Shown: positions 37,267-45,731, counted from the first letter of the stretch. The stretch: DNA of 64,000 nucleotides from a virus (IMGVR_UViG_3300025437_000009); one strand, 5' to 3'. Numbers and translations: made by a program. The notes: a model not told the origin generated them from the letters alone.

Positions 37267-38001
37267 TTATTGGCGCTCGATGTCTTCTTCTGTACAATCA
37301 TAACCCCACTGTATTTCTACAAGTTTACAAGGTTCACTAAAGGGATTAGTCAGTTGGTGCCATTCTTGGCGTGCTACAAAGTAACTACCGTGTACTCCTA
37401 AGGTAGTTGAGCCTGTGGGATTGATCACACGACACATGCCCTCGGTTACTTTCCAATATTCTGAACGATATTTGTGACGTTGCATACTCAGACTCTTGCC
37501 TGGTTCTACTACCAATTCTTTGACTTTGGTTCTCGGTAATTCATATAACACTCGATAATATCCCCATGGTCTTTGAGTTTTTGGAGATTTCCATTCGTCC
37601 AGTATCCAACTGCTTGAATTGGCTTTATTTTCCCCACCAACACCAAATGCAAACTCTACACCATCAATTGACATTTCAGGAATATTATCTGGTGTACGAT
37701 CACCCCCATTGGCAAATATGATGTCTGCTTGGGGGAATTTAGCCCTGGCTCGATTGATTGCGTCTATAGCAGTACCATCGTCGTCGTTGAACTCTAAGAC
37801 CCAGTCAACCATTTTTAGATTTTTTACAATAGTCAATCGTTCATTGAATGGCATAAACGCTCGGCCCTTTTTGCGTTCTAACCAAGCGTCTGAGTTTAGC
37901 CCAACAACTAGCTGATTGCCCAATCGTTTAGCAGCATCAAAGTATGCTATATGCCCTGAATGTATGGGATCAAATCCGCCGGTTACTATTACAATTTTCA
38001 T
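37267..38001 (-). CDS. sugar-nucleotide cytidylyltransferase-like domain fused to a mannose-6-P-isomerase-type cupin
   Basis: GGFDPIHSGH, ANGGDR, RPWGYY, LSMQRH..RSE.W. Confidence 0.85.
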   Translation of the reverse strand: MKIVIVTGGFDPIHSGHIAYFDAAKRLGNQLVVGLNSDAWLERKKGRAFMPFNERLTIVKNLKMVDWVLEFNDDDGTAIDAINRARAKFPQADIIFANGGDRTPDNIPEMSIDGVEFAFGVGGENKANSSSWILDEWKSPKTQRPWGYYRVLYELPRTKVKELVVEPGKSLSMQRHKYRSEYWKVTEGMCRVINPTGSTTLGVHGSYFVARQEWHQLTNPFSEPCKLVEIQWGYDCTEEDIERQ

Positions 38002-38387
38002 CTACGCATTTTACTAATATCAACAGCTTCTTCGTCTGAGAAAATAGGCACAGCATTTGACTTGTGCATGGTACCGATGCCTTTGACTTTAGTACCAGTA
38101 TACTCTTGATTGGGTGCAGTAGTACAGGCTACCCAGCCAGTGTCTCTAGACTCAATATAAGGAGTTTCACGTCCTGCGGGTATCTTAACTGCGACAGTAA
38201 GTGGAGGAGCCTTCATCGCACGACTGCGTTTCTTAGTGTCTTGTTCTACACCCATTGCCTTGAGCTTTTCTCGCCACATAGTGTCTAGCATTTCAGCCTT
38301 GCGTTTGGCTTCTGAACTAGCCCATTTCTTAGGTCCACGTTTTTTGCCGGTGGTACTGAGCCACGGTCCTTCTAAGTGCATTGTCAT
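37998..38387 (-). CDS. conserved phage hypothetical protein
   Basis: YTG...KGIGTMHKSNAVPIF. Confidence 0.65.
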   Translation of the reverse strand: MTMHLEGPWLSTTGKKRGPKKWASSEAKRKAEMLDTMWREKLKAMGVEQDTKKRSRAMKAPPLTVAVKIPAGRETPYIESRDTGWVACTTAPNQEYTGTKVKGIGTMHKSNAVPIFSDEEAVDISKMRR

Positions 38388-38392
38388 AAGTG

Positions 38393-38424
38393 TATTATAG
38401 CTTATTTAGAATTATTTGCCAACC
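38393..38424 (-). promoter_or_regulatory. sigma70-type promoter
   Basis: TTGGCA-17-TATAAT. Confidence 0.55.
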
Positions 38425-38759
38425 TGTTTTGGTTGCCAGTCGGTTTTGGCACAAATAATGTGGTTAGTGGGAAGGAAAAACATATGGGTCGGGAATCGAC
38501 TTTTTAAACTGTTGATAATCTCTTCGTCTGTACTACCTTGCCCGAGAAACTTGTTATTATCCATATCATACCAATAATACGTATCTCGATCTTTTTCTAC
38601 ACGCACACGGTGTATAATTGAATCAAGGTGTTTGGTTAGTTTAATAGCAAGTTCATCATTGGTTTTTTTGAACGCCGCTTCTACAGCAGTAAAAACTGTA
38701 ATAATGGCCCAAGTACAAATGACCCAACCTATTAACAAACCGGTATCTTCAAATAACAT
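38412..38759 (-). CDS. membrane-anchored hypothetical protein
   Basis: N-terminal hydrophobic helix. Confidence 0.55.
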   Translation of the reverse strand: MLFEDTGLLIGWVICTWAIITVFTAVEAAFKKTNDELAIKLTKHLDSIIHRVRVEKDRDTYYWYDMDNNKFLGQGSTDEEIINSLKSRFPTHMFFLPTNHIICAKTDWQPKQVGK

Positions 38760-38760
38760 A

Positions 38761-39417
38761 TTAATCCCAAAGTGTACGAAAATATTTACCAAAAAGACGC
38801 AATCCATTCTCGATGCGTTTATTATGCGCTTCTAAACCTGCTCGATCTACTTTTAACTTTTTAAAACCCTTCATAAAGTCTTTTTCTTTTTCACTTTCGG
38901 TGTGATCAAAGAACTGATCTTCTCCATCAGATTTGTCAGCTAGTTGCTCAAATGTCCATATTAATTCATTGAGTACCCAATTGAAACGCATTTCAGCATG
39001 GTTATCCCAATCCCATGAATTAGTTAGTCCTTTGCGAGCACCGGGAGCATAACTACGCATTTCTTTAGGTACATCCTTGTTGTCAATCCAACCATATCCG
39101 TGCTTTTGCTTTTGTAGCTTTTTAAGCATAGGCAAGATAATCAGTGCTAGTGTATGATCCATTGACCAAACATCATACGGATCAATGTGAACATACTCTA
39201 TACGCTTCTTTTTACTTTGAATCCATTCGCAAACTCGGGTTAGCCAACTATCGTTACCATCCTTGTCGTTGGCCAACCATGTACCAAAGTCGTGTACCCA
39301 TTCTGGCTTATCCTCGATGCCGTACTCATCCTTGACGGGCTTAACCCAAAAGCAAAGTAATTCTGCTATTTGGTAAGGCCCAATCCAAGATGTGTATTTT
39401 CCTAGGTACACCTTCAT
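38761..39417 (-). CDS. hypothetical protein (218 aa)
   Basis: intact ORF; GL.LFGKYF..LWD end. Confidence 0.65.
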   Translation of the reverse strand: MKVYLGKYTSWIGPYQIAELLCFWVKPVKDEYGIEDKPEWVHDFGTWLANDKDGNDSWLTRVCEWIQSKKKRIEYVHIDPYDVWSMDHTLALIILPMLKKLQKQKHGYGWIDNKDVPKEMRSYAPGARKGLTNSWDWDNHAEMRFNWVLNELIWTFEQLADKSDGEDQFFDHTESEKEKDFMKGFKKLKVDRAGLEAHNKRIENGLRLFGKYFRTLWD

Positions 39418-39662
39418 TATTTTTTAACAGTTTCTTGTAACTTTTTGACGTAGCCTAATTGTGCTACACGAATGTCATACATTGTTTTGAGCAATAGTGC
39501 CATAAAACTTACAGCAATTACTGTACAAATACCCTCGACTACTTGTCGTTCACTGTAGATATTACTGAGATATTCTAATGTGAGACGCATTAAAGCGCCG
39601 ATGGCTAGTGCTGATACTACAAAACCTGCTATTTCTAAACCTGCTTTTAATTTAACGTTCAT
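39417..39662 (-). CDS. small two-TM membrane protein
   Basis: two hydrophobic helices. Confidence 0.6.
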   Translation of the reverse strand: MNVKLKAGLEIAGFVVSALAIGALMRLTLEYLSNIYSERQVVEGICTVIAVSFMALLLKTMYDIRVAQLGYVKKLQETVKK

Positions 39663-39707
39663 AATATATCCTTATTTTCCGAAGTTATTAATAATTTACT
39701 ACAGTTA

Positions 39708-39739
39708 TATTATAGCATTTTGGCAATTATTGGTCAACC
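39708..39739 (-). promoter_or_regulatory. sigma70-type promoter with conserved AATTGCCAAAAT spacer
   Basis: TTGACC-17-TATAAT. Confidence 0.75.
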
Positions 39740-39972
39740 CATTGCTCGCACTTCATACGTGCTGTAGGCTCCCATTCTTCGTTAAACAATACATATTCAC
39801 CTTGACTTCCCAGATCTCCATCTTCACGCATAATTCGGCTAATTTCGGGAAAGTAGTTAAGGAACGCTTGACCAAATCGATAGTCTGGTGCCTTAAGCCG
39901 AACCCACATCAGGTGTTTAAGAAACTCTTCGTACTGCTCTTTAGAAATTTTATATTGGTTTGGATTTGTCAT
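39727..39972 (-). CDS. hypothetical protein
   Basis: ATGA-coupled; R.GQAF.N motif. Confidence 0.55.
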   Translation of the reverse strand: MTNPNQYKISKEQYEEFLKHLMWVRLKAPDYRFGQAFLNYFPEISRIMREDGDLGSQGEYVLFNEEWEPTARMKCEQWVDQ

Positions 39973-40181
39973 AGGTATGTTAGTTGGAACCAAGTGGCAT
40001 CGGCTGGGTTTTTAAAAGCAAATATGGTTTTGTGATCGACGTGTTCATTCATTTCCCACTCAAATCCACCTTGTATAAACTTATAGGTAAAATCCTCGTG
40101 TATAGTTAAACGCTCACGCAGACTTTGAACTATTTCAAGAGTTTCAGTCACGGTAGTAGACTCTAATATAACTTCGGTCAT
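39969..40181 (-). CDS. small paralogue-family protein
   Basis: C-terminal FAFKNPADATWFQLTYL. Confidence 0.6.
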   Translation of the reverse strand: MTEVILESTTVTETLEIVQSLRERLTIHEDFTYKFIQGGFEWEMNEHVDHKTIFAFKNPADATWFQLTYL

Positions 40182-40417
40182 AACCAACGTAATCTAAAAT
40201 GTGTAGCATCTGACGGATTTCTAAATCTAAAGCTGAATCCTTCGGTGCTTTCGTAACCATGTATGTGATATTCTCCACCAGGTGCAGTTTCCAACCACTC
40301 TAAAATTTGGTTAATAGGAAGTCGGGACCCAACACGCATAATATCTTCCCATAAGACTATGACTTCGGTCCAATCCTCTGGTGGAGGCCACATTTCTTCT
40401 GATGTGATGTGTCTCAT
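40178..40417 (-). CDS. small paralogue-family protein
   Basis: C-terminal FRFRNPSDATHFRLRWL. Confidence 0.65.
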   Translation of the reverse strand: MRHITSEEMWPPPEDWTEVIVLWEDIMRVGSRLPINQILEWLETAPGGEYHIHGYESTEGFSFRFRNPSDATHFRLRWL

Positions 40418-40662
40418 TTAAACTTTAGGGTAAATGCTGTTGCATCCGATTCTTCAATGAACCAAAATGCTGCTACATGATCATAATTGTAGTCAATATC
40501 CGATGTATCTACTAATTCTGACCATACTAAACTTAGATCATTGTTCCAGCACCATGTACGCATCTGTTTGAAATGAAAAGCAGGGTCACCTATGTGTACG
40601 CAATGACAACGTTCAAGTATCGAATCGGGTGGTCTTGGTATGGTATAGTTATTTACGTGCAT
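40414..40662 (-). CDS. small paralogue-family protein
   Basis: C-terminal FWFIEESDATAFTLKFK. Confidence 0.65.
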   Translation of the reverse strand: MHVNNYTIPRPPDSILERCHCVHIGDPAFHFKQMRTWCWNNDLSLVWSELVDTSDIDYNYDHVAAFWFIEESDATAFTLKFK

Positions 40663-40880
40663 TATTCACGGCCATCTAATTTATCTATAGTTGATTTAGC
40701 ATACCAACCTATATGTCCTTCTGGGTCCATGCGTTGTATATCATCTAATGCTGTCCGCATAATTTCACGTTCATCTTCTAATTGATAAACACGATTGCGT
40801 AGATTACTAGCATCTACCCAAGATATTAACATAGATATAAACTTAGCAACAAGCACACTCCAGTTGATCACGGTTGCCAC
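40662..40880 (-). CDS. hypothetical protein
   Basis: coupled ORF. Confidence 0.5.
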   Translation of the reverse strand: MATVINWSVLVAKFISMLISWVDASNLRNRVYQLEDEREIMRTALDDIQRMDPEGHIGWYAKSTIDKLDGRE

Positions 40881-41131
40881 TTCAAGTAGTCAAACTCATC
40901 ACCGTAGACCCAGTACCCGCCACCCGGGCTGGGTACAAATCTACGATACACCATATCGCCTGGTTTATACCAACGCTCGTTAATCTGTTTGGGAAATATC
41001 TTTAGACGATACGGTTCCCAGGGATTATTTTTAGGTAGGTCATCAAACGCAACACTTTTGATTTTCCTGCCAGGATGACTGTTAGCCGCTACTTTAAACG
41101 CTGGTTTCATTTTAGGTAATACTGCGGCCAT
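40868..41131 (-). CDS. hypothetical protein
   Basis: coupled ORF. Confidence 0.55.
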   Translation of the reverse strand: MAAVLPKMKPAFKVAANSHPGRKIKSVAFDDLPKNNPWEPYRLKIFPKQINERWYKPGDMVYRRFVPSPGGGYWVYGDEFDYLKWQP

Positions 41132-41364
41132 TATTTAAACCTCAATCTAAACATTATAGCATCTTGTTCATTAGTAAACCAATAACAATCTTCATGTGGG
41201 CCTTCTACAACTACAGCCATAGCAATGTCTGGAAAGTCTCGCCACCAAGCGGCTCCCCATTCACCTATATTTTGATTCAGCCAAGGTTCACACTCGGTAT
41301 AGTGACTGTAGGTCTTTACTGGAACTGATAGTTGCGGTCCGCGTTCTACAGCCATTATCCCCAC
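41131..41364 (-). CDS. small paralogue-family protein
   Basis: C-terminal YWFTNEQDAIMFRLRFK. Confidence 0.65.
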   Translation of the reverse strand: MGIMAVERGPQLSVPVKTYSHYTECEPWLNQNIGEWGAAWWRDFPDIAMAVVVEGPHEDCYWFTNEQDAIMFRLRFK

Positions 41365-41660
41365 CTCAACAAAAACATAGTACGATCTTCTTCAGTATTA
41401 AAATGTACCACCATACCCTTTTGTGTTATGGCGCCATTGCTGTCCTCAATCCATTGATCTATTTCTCGTTGATTTAAATGCCAAAAGGCATAGTCTTCGA
41501 TGATCAACAATAAATCCTTGTCAATGGGAGATGTGGCTACAATAAACCGACCACCTGTCTGCACTTGTATCACGCCGTTAAGAAATGTAAGTTCTTGACC
41601 ATTATGTTCTACTGTAACTTGGTCAAGAGTTGGAGTTAGTTGCTTGCGGTTTTTTTTCAT
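41355..41660 (-). CDS. small paralogue-family protein
   Basis: C-terminal VHFNTEEDRTMFLLRWG. Confidence 0.65.
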   Translation of the reverse strand: MKKNRKQLTPTLDQVTVEHNGQELTFLNGVIQVQTGGRFIVATSPIDKDLLLIIEDYAFWHLNQREIDQWIEDSNGAITQKGMVVHFNTEEDRTMFLLRWG

Positions 41661-42000
41661 AAATCACTGTTACACGGTTAAGTGCTTGTCTTTCGGTATT
41701 ATGTCTAGTCTGTACATAGATTTGTCCATCGGGATAATCATAAGTCAGCATCCAGTTAAAATAACGTTGGTCGTACATTTGGCGCTCTTTATACATTACA
41801 GTTTCTACTAGGTTGGGTAGAGTTCGTTCTACGCTAGGATATGTACCTTCAGGACGTTTGATACGCTCGATTAAAATTTCTTCTTGCAATTCTCGATATG
41901 ATAAAGGTTCTACTTCAATCTCTGTAAATAAAGGATTCTTACGCTCTTTATTCAAAAACGCAATCATATCTTTGTCCCGCATAATAACTGTACGCTTCAT
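41623..42000 (-). CDS. hypothetical protein
   Basis: coupled ORF; start uncertain. Confidence 0.5.
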   Translation of the reverse strand: MKRTVIMRDKDMIAFLNKERKNPLFTEIEVEPLSYRELQEEILIERIKRPEGTYPSVERTLPNLVETVMYKERQMYDQRYFNWMLTYDYPDGQIYVQTRHNTERQALNRVTVIYEKKPQATNSNS

Positions 42001-42275
42001 AGTGATTCTACATCCTTGCAAATTAATTTGAGCCATACCAGCTCTTGCTCGTCAACTCGACCCCACGAGGTATCGGTAACGGGTCCTTTAATTAATGTAA
42101 CACCATTGGCATTTTCCAACCATACTCTAGTACTATTTTTAACTGCTTCGTCGTGCCAGACCGGATTGAACATATCAGTCTTACCCGGATGCACGTCAAA
42201 CTGTGCTAGGTACCGGCAGTTAGTACGTCCAAACATTTTAACATCTCTATTAAGTTCGTAATAGTAGTTGATCAC
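41997..42275 (-). CDS. hypothetical protein
   Basis: coupled ORF. Confidence 0.55.
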   Translation of the reverse strand: MINYYYELNRDVKMFGRTNCRYLAQFDVHPGKTDMFNPVWHDEAVKNSTRVWLENANGVTLIKGPVTDTSWGRVDEQELVWLKLICKDVESL

Positions 42276-42526
42276 TCTTTAATACCTAAATACTTTAAGT
42301 TATAATATGTAAGTGCTTCGCCTTCTAGGGGTGCATAAATGCGTATCTTAAATCCCCAAGTGTTGGGATCTGAGTCACAGAAAAATACCAAATCATTACA
42401 TTTAGATTTGAGCCATTTGGCTTCTTCTGACTGTTCCCATTCGTAGATGGGAAAGGCCGCATACAGGTACGGATCTTCGCAATCGCTCATGGCAATTTCT
42501 TTAACTAAAGTTCCTCTACTACCCAT
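42272..42526 (-). CDS. small protein, divergent member of the paralogue family
   Basis: C-terminal L.GEALTYYNLKY. Confidence 0.55.
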   Translation of the reverse strand: MGSRGTLVKEIAMSDCEDPYLYAAFPIYEWEQSEEAKWLKSKCNDLVFFCDSDPNTWGFKIRIYAPLEGEALTYYNLKYLGIKE

Positions 42527-42773
42527 TGATCATTCTCCCAACAAACTCTACTGCATAGTCTTCATTGTAACGACGCACACCGCCAGTTTTTAATTGAAAC
42601 ATAAGCGCATCCTGTTCATCATTAAACGTAAAGTCCATCCAATTTTCTGTAGGATGAAAACTTACCTTTTCTCCGGGCAAGCCATAGGTTTCCACAGTCC
42701 ATGCAAGTAGTTCGTTCCAAGCATCGCCGTGATTGTATTCATCAGTCCAAGGTACTCTAATTGTTATCGTCAT
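42519..42773 (-). CDS. small paralogue-family protein
   Basis: FTFNDEQDALMFQLK. Confidence 0.65.
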   Translation of the reverse strand: MTITIRVPWTDEYNHGDAWNELLAWTVETYGLPGEKVSFHPTENWMDFTFNDEQDALMFQLKTGGVRRYNEDYAVEFVGRMING

Positions 42774-42981
42774 TCTTTGCCTTTAACATGCGCCAAGCAA
42801 GTGGATCTCTACGTTCCCAACAACCAAAAAACTTTTTCTTTTTCTTACTATATCTAAGCCAGATGTACCAACGATCTAAACTTAATGTAAAGCCAATGCT
42901 ACCAGTATCTTTATAATGATAAATGGATAGTCCAGGCTTAATGTTTTCGCCCTCGTTACGCCACTGTATCATTGTATCCAC
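42757..42981 (-). CDS. hypothetical protein
   Basis: coupled ORF. Confidence 0.5.
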   Translation of the reverse strand: MDTMIQWRNEGENIKPGLSIYHYKDTGSIGFTLSLDRWYIWLRYSKKKKKFFGCWERRDPLAWRMLKAKNDDNN

Positions 42982-43169
42982 CTTAGTCTGAATAGTGTTT
43001 CACTTTCTGCGTCGGGTAAATAGAACCTCCAATGATAACTGGGGAAGTCGGTCATGAAGTTCCATTTATCCGAGTCAAAATGTCTGTGACACCATCGTAT
43101 AATTCGCTCAATCTGTGTTGGGGTTAGATTAGTTGTATTAAGTACTACGCAATTTGATTTAGATTCCAT
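42969..43169 (-). CDS. small paralogue-family protein
   Basis: C-terminal FYLPDAESETLFRLRW. Confidence 0.6.
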   Translation of the reverse strand: MESKSNCVVLNTTNLTPTQIERIIRWCHRHFDSDKWNFMTDFPSYHWRFYLPDAESETLFRLRWIQ

Positions 43170-43173
43170 ACAC

Positions 43174-43203
43174 TATTATAGCATATTGGCAATTATTTGT
43201 CAG
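43174..43203 (-). promoter_or_regulatory. sigma70-type promoter with AATTGCCAATAT spacer
   Basis: CTGACA-17-TATAAT. Confidence 0.6.
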
Positions 43204-43600
43204 TATGTTTGAGTGTCGCCCACATTTGCTTTTGTTCCAAAAATTTTAGTTCAAGTTCTCGGTAACGGTCAGCACAGGCCTTGAGTTCGTCAAACTCCTG
43301 CTCCAATACAGCGTTTCTTTTGATTCGTGTGGGGATCATTAGTTCGTCTCGGATGGTCTGCATGGTTTCTCGGAGACTTAGACCATCAAGTTCAATATCT
43401 TGTTCGGATATTTTGACTTTTGGTTGCTTGTCATAGTAAGGAGTTGCAGTGGTTGTCCAAATTGGGTTTGCTCCAGTTGCAGTAGTATAAACTAATCCGC
43501 TACCATTTCCTCCCGTTATGGTCACGTTACCGTAACTTGACCCGGCCAAGCCTGCAGCAGTGACCGGAATTGTAGTTTTGTATGTTGGTGTTTTGGCCAT
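43193..43600 (-). CDS. hypothetical protein (135 aa)
   Basis: ORF with AAGGA SD. Confidence 0.6.
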   Translation of the reverse strand: MAKTPTYKTTIPVTAAGLAGSSYGNVTITGGNGSGLVYTTATGANPIWTTTATPYYDKQPKVKISEQDIELDGLSLRETMQTIRDELMIPTRIKRNAVLEQEFDELKACADRYRELELKFLEQKQMWATLKHTDK

Positions 43601-43606
43601 AAAAAA

Positions 43607-43650
43607 TCCTTATACGGTTAAGTATAAGGACTTTTCATGGTGTTGTCAAT
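43607..43650 (-). promoter_or_regulatory. sigma70 promoter whose -10 box and the downstream SD form the two arms of a hairpin
   Basis: TTGACA-17-TATACT; TCCTTATAC/GTATAAGGA 9-bp inverted repeat. Confidence 0.6.
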
Positions 43651-43652
43651 CG

Positions 43653-43751
43653 TTAGCTATTCAAAACTTTTGCCACACTATTCATTACTGATGCAATACG
43701 ACCAATGTCACGCAAGTTTTCTACTGTGTAGCCTTCTTGCTTGAGTGTGTC
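43653..43751 (-). pseudogene. orphan duplicate of the ahpD 3' end (32 codons plus stop)
   Basis: translates DTLKQEGYTVENLRDIGRIASVMNSVAKVLNS*, 26/32 identical to the C-terminus of 44677..45192. Confidence 0.85.
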
Positions 43752-44602
43752 AATGAGCCTTCCGCCACACCTTGCTCTACGCTTTCTTTCACTCCGAGTT
43801 TATCAATGATATACTTGCAACTTGATGCAGAAGTATTGATGAAACCCATGAACATTGGCCTATCATCTTTCATCATTGGCATTATATTTTTAACAAAAGA
43901 TCGTGCAGTTTCTTGGGTATAATTTGGAGGAAGTCCAACATAATTGGCTAAAGCAGTCGATGCTTTGTATGATTTATTTGAATACTCCTCTAACATATTC
44001 ATAAAACCATCATCTCTCGGTTGAGTATTTTTGAATACTCCTTTTGCCATTTCAAAAGTTCCAAAGCATTCCGCAGTAATTTTTGCCATTTCTCTGTAAT
44101 CAGAATCGGCGACCGCTTGCTTAGCCGCACCTAATCCGATTGCGCCAACAGCCGCCGCACCCAAGCCTTTCAAAAATCCTCTACGGTCAATTTCATCTAA
44201 CTGTGCTTCCGCCACACCTTGCTGTCCTTGGACAGGGCTGTCTCTAAGTGCATCTCGATAAAACTCTTTGAAATCTTGTGCCAATTCTCTTGCTGACCAC
44301 GCCCAAGTTTGACTGTCCCAATCGTCTGTCATCTCAGCTTCAAGTTTAGTACTCGGGTCTCGACCACGACTAAACCCTATACGAACAGTATGTTCAATTT
44401 GTTTATTAACCAACTTTGCAAATAGTTTGCCATTGGGATTTGGATTAATTGTTACTTTATATCCGTGTTTTTCAGCAAACTGTATCGTTGGCTGTAAGAA
44501 CTGGATTTTAGGATCAACAACACCAGCTTGGGCTGGAATATCTTCCGCCACCGGAGTCTGTGCGGTTTCTATTAAGTTAATGTAATCTCTAAGTGTTTTC
44601 AT
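43721..44602 (-). CDS. modular putative capsid-targeted protein with internal Tat signal
   Basis: MKTLRDYINLIE start after TAAATA (alternative ATG at 44665); LDE-IDRRGFLKGLGAAAVGAIGLGAAKQAVA. Confidence 0.65.
   Translation of the reverse strand: MKTLRDYINLIETAQTPVAEDIPAQAGVVDPKIQFLQPTIQFAEKHGYKVTINPNPNGKLFAKLVNKQIEHTVRIGFSRGRDPSTKLEAEMTDDWDSQTWAWSARELAQDFKEFYRDALRDSPVQGQQGVAEAQLDEIDRRGFLKGLGAAAVGAIGLGAAKQAVADSDYREMAKITAECFGTFEMAKGVFKNTQPRDDGFMNMLEEYSNKSYKASTALANYVGLPPNYTQETARSFVKNIMPMMKDDRPMFMGFINTSASSCKYIIDKLGVKESVEQGVAEGSLTHSSKKATQ
43759..43776 (-). repeat. 18-bp direct repeat AGCAAGGTGTGGCGGAAG, copy 1
   Basis: identical to 44206..44223. Confidence 0.85.
44206..44223 (-). repeat. 18-bp direct repeat AGCAAGGTGTGGCGGAAG, copy 2
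   Basis: identical to 43759..43776; 10-bp core also at 44542..44551. Confidence 0.85.
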
Positions 44603-44676
44603 AATGTAGTATTTATTCCTTGTTCTTACAGTTATCGCCGTGCCAACATAAGATCGATCTCTCATAGAAATATTTA

Positions 44677-45192
44677 TCAACTATTCAACACCTTTGCTAC
44701 ACTATTCATTACTGCCGCTATTCTGCCGATGTCTCTCAACTGCTCAACAGTATACCCCATCTTTTTTAATCCATTATAATGGGCCGAGACACAGAACTTG
44801 CATTTTCCAACAATGCTTGCGGCAAGGCTATATGCCTCAAATCGTTCTTTAGTCGTACCACCGTGGGTTGTGATTGCGTTCATTCTGAGTTGAGCCGGAA
44901 GACCTTTAAGGTTAGCATCTTCTGCCATCTCTACATATGGATACCAAGTGTTGTTCATCGACATCAAAGATGCGGCAGTGAGTGCGGCATCTCGCTCTTG
45001 TGAGTTTTCCATAGAACTTTGAATAAAGGTAACTAATTTCCCGTTACCTGTGCTCATTGCGGCGGCCAGCGCACAACCTTCTGCTTCCTCAACTGCTAGA
45101 GTACTACGCTTAATAACAGCGTCCAAGTTCAACTTAGTGTCCTTGGCGTACTCAGGCAGACCTTCTTTAAGTTGATCTACCCAGGCAGTCAT
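44677..45192 (-). CDS. ahpD: alkyl hydroperoxide reductase AhpD
   Basis: YAKD.KLNL, AASLM.MNN.WY, CKFCVSAH; follows ahpC. Confidence 0.9.
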   Translation of the reverse strand: MTAWVDQLKEGLPEYAKDTKLNLDAVIKRSTLAVEEAEGCALAAAMSTGNGKLVTFIQSSMENSQERDAALTAASLMSMNNTWYPYVEMAEDANLKGLPAQLRMNAITTHGGTTKERFEAYSLAASIVGKCKFCVSAHYNGLKKMGYTVEQLRDIGRIAAVMNSVAKVLNS

Positions 45193-45731
45193 TATAAAGT
45201 CTCTCCGCCAACTGTACGGTTGCAAGCACATAGTTCGCCAGTTTGAAGTGCGTCAAGAATACGCAAAGTTTCTTCAGGGCTACGACCTACGTCCAAGTTG
45301 TTTACAGTAACGTGTTGGATTGTGTTGTCTGGATCAACAATGAATGTAGCGCGAAGTGCCGCACCAGCTGGAGCATAGAATACGCCCAACTGCTCTGCCA
45401 AGCTCAACTCACCACGCTGTGTATCAGCAAATTGGTTGTGCTTGATGTTGATCAAGTCTGGATGGCTCTTCTGCCATGCGATCTTACAGAACTCATTGTC
45501 TGTTGAACCTGTTAGCAATACTGCGTCACGGTCTTCAAAGTCTTGATTCAATTTGTCGTATGCTACGATTTCTGTAGGACATACAAATGTAAAGTCCTTA
45601 GGGTAGAATACGATTACTTTCCATTTACCTTCAAAAGAAGTTTCATCAATGTTGAAGAAAGCATCTTCTGGTTGGCCTGGCTTAACGCCTGTTACTACAA
45701 AGTGTTCTAATTTATCACCGATTGTTTTCAT
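45192..45731 (-). CDS. ahpC: peroxiredoxin AhpC
   Basis: FYPKDFTFVCPTE; GELCAC. Confidence 0.95.
   Translation of the reverse strand: MKTIGDKLEHFVVTGVKPGQPEDAFFNIDETSFEGKWKVIVFYPKDFTFVCPTEIVAYDKLNQDFEDRDAVLLTGSTDNEFCKIAWQKSHPDLINIKHNQFADTQRGELSLAEQLGVFYAPAGAALRATFIVDPDNTIQHVTVNNLDVGRSPEETLRILDALQTGELCACNRTVGGETL

Noticed and set aside
39969-43169. Diversity-generating retroelement behind the paralogue array
   Set aside because: No reverse transcriptase and no near-identical TR/VR pair differing at adenines in the window
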